Shown: one piece after another, positions 59,786-64,000 of the stretch
Layout: every line of letters starts with the position of its first letter
Position numbering within the stretch: the stretch's first letter is position 1
The notes under the pieces: generated by a model
The model's input: the letters and a program-made list of their open reading frames with translations, nothing else
Told to the model about the DNA's origin: nothing
Databases searched by the model: none
Assembly: GCA_964569695.1 (NCBI GenBank)
Contig: CAZMUA010000012.1
Location: 2,059-66,058 of the forward strand
Origin: an uncultured Woeseiaceae bacterium
GTDB lineage: Bacteria > Acidobacteriota > Vicinamibacteria > Vicinamibacterales > UBA823
Direction of reading: 5' to 3'
DNA: 64,000 bases
Translations under genes and position numbers: made by a program

Positions 59786-60682
59786 TCACAATCCGACGGG
59801 AATCTCCTCGCTAATCAAAGCGATAGCCTCTCGTATCTGGTCAATGCCTTCAGGAGGAACCGGTAGCACCGGGTACCGGGGAGGACCTCCATAAAAACCA
59901 GTAAGATCCAAGGCTGCTTTCAATCCTGGAACTCCATAAACGGTTGTAACAAGATTCGCAAGTGGGGTCAGTTGTCGCTGCACGACAAGAGCTTGATCTA
60001 ACTTGTGCTCTTGAACTAACTGTAACAATTTAATGCAAAGTGCAGGTTGTACAGCGGCAAGAGCCAGAATTCCTCCTATGGCGCCGACACAGAGACTCGC
60101 AAAAAACGTCGGCGCTGAACCCACTAAAACACTGAAGCCTGGACTCGCTTTAACAACTAGATCGCCAACCTGCTCAATACTTCCACCAGACTCTTTAATG
60201 CCGATTATATTGGGATGCTCCGACAACTTGCCAACTGCGATTGGTGACAAGTTGACGCCAGTTGCTGCCGAAAAATTATAGAGCAGGACTGGAATCGGAG
60301 CTGCATCTGCAACAACCGTATAGTGCCTAATCAAAGCTTCCTCAGTCATCAGTCTCTTAAAAAAAGACGGCGTGCGGACGAGCACAGCATCTGCACCAGC
60401 GTCCGCAGCACGACCCGTTGCTATAACTGTGGCACGAGTCGATTCTCGTCCAGTTCCGGCAATTACCAAACGGCCTGCTGATATCACCGTTCTGGTAGTC
60501 GCAATAAGCTGGTCTGCCTCGTCATCGTTAACCTGCGCCGACTCACCGTTAGTACCAAGCACAACGATTCCAGCAAGGTCAGTCTCCATCCAGCGCGCGA
60601 GATTATCACGTAGAGCACCAAGATCGAGTTCGTCATCGACAAATGGAGTTGGTATCGGCGCAAAGACTCCACAAAGATTCAC
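59786..60682 (-). CDS. DHDPS/NAL-family class I aldolase, HOGA1-like (4-hydroxy-2-oxoglutarate aldolase-like) rather than canonical DapA
   Basis: GTNGE, TPSFFKRLMTEEALIRHY, PVLLYNFSAATGVNL, Schiff-base Lys in IIGIKESGGS, and C-terminal GVPGLKAALDLTGFYGGPPRYPV. From memory these segments track the HOGA1 branch (GSNGE, ...ALIHHY, GMKDSGG, GIPGLK...GYYGGPCR) better than they track DapA. Confidence 0.65.
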   Translation of the reverse strand: MNLCGVFAPIPTPFVDDELDLGALRDNLARWMETDLAGIVVLGTNGESAQVNDDEADQLIATTRTVISAGRLVIAGTGRESTRATVIATGRAADAGADAVLVRTPSFFKRLMTEEALIRHYTVVADAAPIPVLLYNFSAATGVNLSPIAVGKLSEHPNIIGIKESGGSIEQVGDLVVKASPGFSVLVGSAPTFFASLCVGAIGGILALAAVQPALCIKLLQLVQEHKLDQALVVQRQLTPLANLVTTVYGVPGLKAALDLTGFYGGPPRYPVLPVPPEGIDQIREAIALISEEIPVGL

Positions 60683-60713
60683 ACAGACTCTCCTTTAAGC
60701 AAGTATCCCATCG

Positions 60714-61709
60714 CTACAGACAACACGAAGGACTCGGCAGGTCCAGCATTGTATGAAGGCCTGGCGAAGCTTCGATGACTTTCGGAATTGAATTCACGGC
60801 CATCGACGCAGTAGCAATGTCACCGTGCACACCGCCACTTATCTTCATTGCAATTTTAGGTGAACCAGTAATGCTAACGGAGTCATATGATTCCGGAGCA
60901 CCGAGATAGGCTTCCATATGCAATTTGATCGCCACCCGTCCGGCCCGATAGCCTACTCCATCTTGCAAGATTCCACAGACGTATCCTGGTCGAACAGTAA
61001 GGAACTTACTGGTTATACGTTTACTGGCAATTTTAGGTTTTATCGTATCGGTCACCCTGTCGATTTTCCACCCAAGAGCATCAGCAATCATTGAAATTGA
61101 TTCCGCCAATCCAACATGTCGAACTGTGCCCTCTAAAACCTTCGCTCGAAACTCTGCTCTAGTCAGACCGCAACCAATCTTCTTCTGAAAGGGCAAGCGT
61201 CGAGTGCTCGCATCCTGAATCCGATTAACTCGTATGCGATCAACTCGCTCGCAAACTCCAGTCAAAGATATCGGTAGAGCATCCATCGTGAATCCCGGGT
61301 TAACTCCCGTGCCCAAGACTGCCACTTTAGATCGCTTCGCTAACCGATCAATACGACGTGCATACCTAACATTTGCGGTGACCGGATAGGACAACTCTTC
61401 AGACGTCGAAACTATCGGCAATTTAACTCTGAGAATCGTCTCAATCTGCGTCGTTACCTGCTTTAGCGACGAACTCGTGCACAAAACGACCGCGTCAGCC
61501 TTCACTCGATTACAGGTGGAACCTATGTCGGGATCAACCGTAACACCGAGTCGACTCCCAACCCCAGCTAATAATCCAACGTCGTGGCCAATTTTTGATG
61601 GATCAATGTCAACGGCTCCTACCACCTTAAAGCCTGATCGCGCGACCATTTGCCCAAGAACAGCGTTTCCAATCGGCCCGAGACCGACTTGTATCACACG
61701 AATCGACAT
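60714..61709 (-). CDS. NAD(P)-dependent dehydrogenase with DapB-N-like Rossmann domain (amine dehydrogenase / 2,4-diaminopentanoate dehydrogenase-like family)
   Basis: ATG at 61709: MSIRVIQVGLGPIGNAV (Rossmann GxGxxG). About 331 aa, longer than DapB. GGGAGA lies 8 nt upstream. The family assignment comes from overall pattern only. Confidence 0.55.
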   Translation of the reverse strand: MSIRVIQVGLGPIGNAVLGQMVARSGFKVVGAVDIDPSKIGHDVGLLAGVGSRLGVTVDPDIGSTCNRVKADAVVLCTSSSLKQVTTQIETILRVKLPIVSTSEELSYPVTANVRYARRIDRLAKRSKVAVLGTGVNPGFTMDALPISLTGVCERVDRIRVNRIQDASTRRLPFQKKIGCGLTRAEFRAKVLEGTVRHVGLAESISMIADALGWKIDRVTDTIKPKIASKRITSKFLTVRPGYVCGILQDGVGYRAGRVAIKLHMEAYLGAPESYDSVSITGSPKIAMKISGGVHGDIATASMAVNSIPKVIEASPGLHTMLDLPSPSCCL

Positions 61710-61888
61710 TAACTGTTTCTCCCAAGCTTGTACGTGAACGCACAAAGCATATTGCTACAGTATTATTTAAAATTACTATTATACGTTGATCGACTAAATT
61801 CTGGCCTTACCCGAGTTCTGTTATTGAGAATGGTGTAGCATGCCTCAAGGTTGATCGCTCGTATAAGGGGGCACGAAGGAGACTTTCA

Positions 61889-63988
61889 ATGAAGCGCCTC
61901 AGTTTAATGATATTTGGCATGCTGTTCGCCATGATTACTCTGGTAGAGGCAGGTTTAGATATCGAAGACCCTAATGTTAGGCATTCCAGTTCAGAATTAC
62001 TCCAACCAGTCTCCCCTGCGGACTCACAGCATGAACCAGTGAATAGATTGCTCCTAACATCACCGACTGGTCGATACTCTGCTCGAAACGCGAACTATGA
62101 CATCGATGTCCGTCTGGATCCCGACACCCACATGCTGGAAGGCCGAGAACTACTAACGTGGCGTAACGACTCTATACGAGCCACCTCGGAACTACAGTTT
62201 CATTTGTACTACAACGCTTGGAAAAACACGAAGTCGACGTGGATGCGAGAGTACCTGCTAGCACGAGGTGAGGTTTTTCTTTCTAGACCACCAGAAGACT
62301 GGGGATGGATTACCGTAACAAAGATTGAACTTCCAGCAACGGAGAATACGGCTGCCATTAATCTGACGGGTAACGCTCGTTACATTGCTCCAGACGACGG
62401 CAATGAGAATGATGAAACTGTTTTGTCGGTGCTGCTACCGGACCAAGTGGAGCCCGGTGAAACGCTCCAAGTGGAAATTGAATGGAAGTCAAAAATTCCA
62501 CGAACATTTTCTCGAACTGGAGTGGTCGGAGATTTCTTTTTTATTGCTCAATGGTTTCCAAAAATTGGCGTTCTAGAAACTTCTGGCTGGAACTGCCATC
62601 AATTTCATGTAGGGACAGAATTCTATGCTGATTACGGCGTGTACGACGTTCGTCTCACCGTACCAAAAGGTTGGATAGTCGGCGCAACAGGAGTCAGGCA
62701 ACGCTTGGAAAATAACAGTGACGGAACAAGTACACACCAATATGTACAAAAAGATGTTCATGACTTTGCGTGGACCACGAGTCCAAATTTAATTGAGCGA
62801 ATTGAACGTTTTGAACACGAGAGTTTACCTGACGTCGAAATGCGCCTACTGCTGCAACCCGAGCACGAGGGCCAAGCGGAACGCCACTTCAGAGCCACGC
62901 GTGCTACTCTGACGCGGTACGGCGAGTGGTTCGGCGCCTATCCTTACACCCAACTCACGATAGTGGATCCCGCATGGCGGAGTGGCGCGGGCGGGATGGA
63001 ATACCCAACCTTGTTTACTGCGGGAACGTCTTGGCTTGCACCAAGCAAGGTAACCCGACCTGAAGGCGTTACCATTCACGAAGCTGGTCATCAGTTTTGG
63101 TACGGGTTGATCGGCAACAATGAATTTGAATATGCCTGGCTGGATGAAGGGCTCAATACATTTTCCACCGCTAAGGCAATTGAGACAGAAGGCTTACCTA
63201 ATTATCATTCTGCGCGTTATTTTGGAGGCTTCCTTCCTTACGTCTTTAATGATATTCCACGCTCTAGGGCCACAGATGGTAACCGTCTAAGTGGCTATCG
63301 CGCTGCGGCTCGTTCAGACGCTCAATCGACGCCGACCTTCCAATACTGGCCAGGCACTGGCGGTGCGATCTCATACAACAAGACAGCATTGTGGTTGCAC
63401 ACTCTTGAACGCCATCTCGGTTGGGAGAATGTTCAGAAAATACTTTCAACTTTTTTTTCCGAATTTAAATTCAGACACCCACTACCTCAAGATTTTTTTG
63501 CCACGGCAAATGAAGTTGCAAATGTGGACCTAGACTGGTTTTTCGATCAGGTGCATCGAAGCTCGAATGTGTTCGATTACGGCATCCAACAGATAGGAAG
63601 CCGGCCTCAGGGTAGTCGTGGCTTTTCAGGAGATCAAGAGCCGATATTCACTGATCGCCGTGATAATGAGCAGTTTCAGACGGATGTAGTGGTACGTCGA
63701 TATGGTGAAGCAATCTTTCCGGTTGATATCTTAGTAACGTTTACGAACGGTGAAGAAGTGCGAGAGACATGGGATGGAGTAGCACGATGGAAACTCTTCA
63801 CTTATGACCGTGCCGCACAAATCTTACAGGCCGAAGTCGATCCGGATTCCATTTTACTTCTAGATCTGAACCGAACGAACAACAGTAAAACCATGAAACC
63901 CATGACAAACATCGCCACTACCAAATGGATGCTCAAATGGATGACCTGGCTGCAAGATGTAATGCTTACTTATGCGTTCTTTGTGTAA
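61889..63988 (+). CDS. M1-family (gluzincin) metallopeptidase, secreted or membrane-anchored
   Basis: HEAGHQFWYG followed 18 residues later by E (WLDEGLNTF). N-terminal hydrophobic signal LSLMIFGMLFAMITLVEA. AAGGAG upstream of the ATG. Confidence 0.88.
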   Translation: MKRLSLMIFGMLFAMITLVEAGLDIEDPNVRHSSSELLQPVSPADSQHEPVNRLLLTSPTGRYSARNANYDIDVRLDPDTHMLEGRELLTWRNDSIRATSELQFHLYYNAWKNTKSTWMREYLLARGEVFLSRPPEDWGWITVTKIELPATENTAAINLTGNARYIAPDDGNENDETVLSVLLPDQVEPGETLQVEIEWKSKIPRTFSRTGVVGDFFFIAQWFPKIGVLETSGWNCHQFHVGTEFYADYGVYDVRLTVPKGWIVGATGVRQRLENNSDGTSTHQYVQKDVHDFAWTTSPNLIERIERFEHESLPDVEMRLLLQPEHEGQAERHFRATRATLTRYGEWFGAYPYTQLTIVDPAWRSGAGGMEYPTLFTAGTSWLAPSKVTRPEGVTIHEAGHQFWYGLIGNNEFEYAWLDEGLNTFSTAKAIETEGLPNYHSARYFGGFLPYVFNDIPRSRATDGNRLSGYRAAARSDAQSTPTFQYWPGTGGAISYNKTALWLHTLERHLGWENVQKILSTFFSEFKFRHPLPQDFFATANEVANVDLDWFFDQVHRSSNVFDYGIQQIGSRPQGSRGFSGDQEPIFTDRRDNEQFQTDVVVRRYGEAIFPVDILVTFTNGEEVRETWDGVARWKLFTYDRAAQILQAEVDPDSILLLDLNRTNNSKTMKPMTNIATTKWMLKWMTWLQDVMLTYAFFV

Positions 63989-64000
63989 GTGAGAAATAAT

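Noticed and set aside
1-64000. CRISPR arrays, transposases, IS ends, prophage genes and known defence-system genes.
   Set aside because: Reading the intergenic regions and the ORF list revealed no repeat-spacer arrays, no transposase or integrase other than XerC, and no recognisable defence domains apart from a lone housekeeping-type HNH protein.

Overview
Spot checks put GC at roughly 45-53%. The window is almost entirely core genome of a diderm bacterium: BamA, TamB, LpxC and a TonB-dependent receptor are all present. A secreted VWA protein follows the acidobacterial VWFA-related pattern, which hints at Acidobacteriota, but that is inference only. I call 51 protein genes, one tRNA-Leu (anticodon TAG) and three low-confidence regulatory sites.

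Layout:
- (i) 1-7.7 kb: PepSY/TonB-receptor pair, Tat-exported aldo-keto reductase, TLC/Npt-like carrier, orphan secreted protein, TerB-like protein, AI-2E permease.
- (ii) 8.1-16.1 kb: tRNA-Leu, then tig-clpP-clpX-lon-engB-rho-rpmE.
- (iii) 16.2-21 kb: SDR, class II (B12) ribonucleotide reductase with two NrdR-box-like palindromes upstream, CPBP protease.
- (iv) 21-47.3 kb: one long minus-strand array, topA-trmFO-xerC | ABC-F on the opposite strand | ECF sigma, anti-sigma, VWA, lipoprotein | hslV-hslU, FN3 lipoprotein, tal, acyl-CoA carboxylase (CT, BC, BT/BCCP), tamB, bamA, SurA_N-only chaperone. Many junctions overlap by 1-13 nt.
- (v) 47.9-52 kb: TPR plus lipoprotein pair, then rplU-rpmA-obg-nadD-rsfS.
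- (vi) 52-64 kb: tmk, lysA, lpxC, uvrA, IPT/beta-propeller protein, HNH protein, a HOGA1-like DHDPS-family aldolase with an amine-dehydrogenase-like partner, and an M1 peptidase.

I found no CRISPR array, transposase, phage gene or recognisable defence gene, and no compelling novel multi-gene system. The best candidates for uncharacterised biology are:
- the ECF sigma/anti-sigma/VWA/lipoprotein module that splits an otherwise Bacillus-like xerC-hslVU cluster;
- the 13-nt overlap joining carboxylase genes to tamB-bamA;
- the FN3 lipoprotein translationally coupled to hslU;
- the overlapping TPR/lipoprotein pair;
- a Rho that cannot encode the N-terminal helix bundle;
- an AT-rich 526-bp ORF-free gap upstream of topA.

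All functional calls rest on motif recognition by eye. No database search was run.
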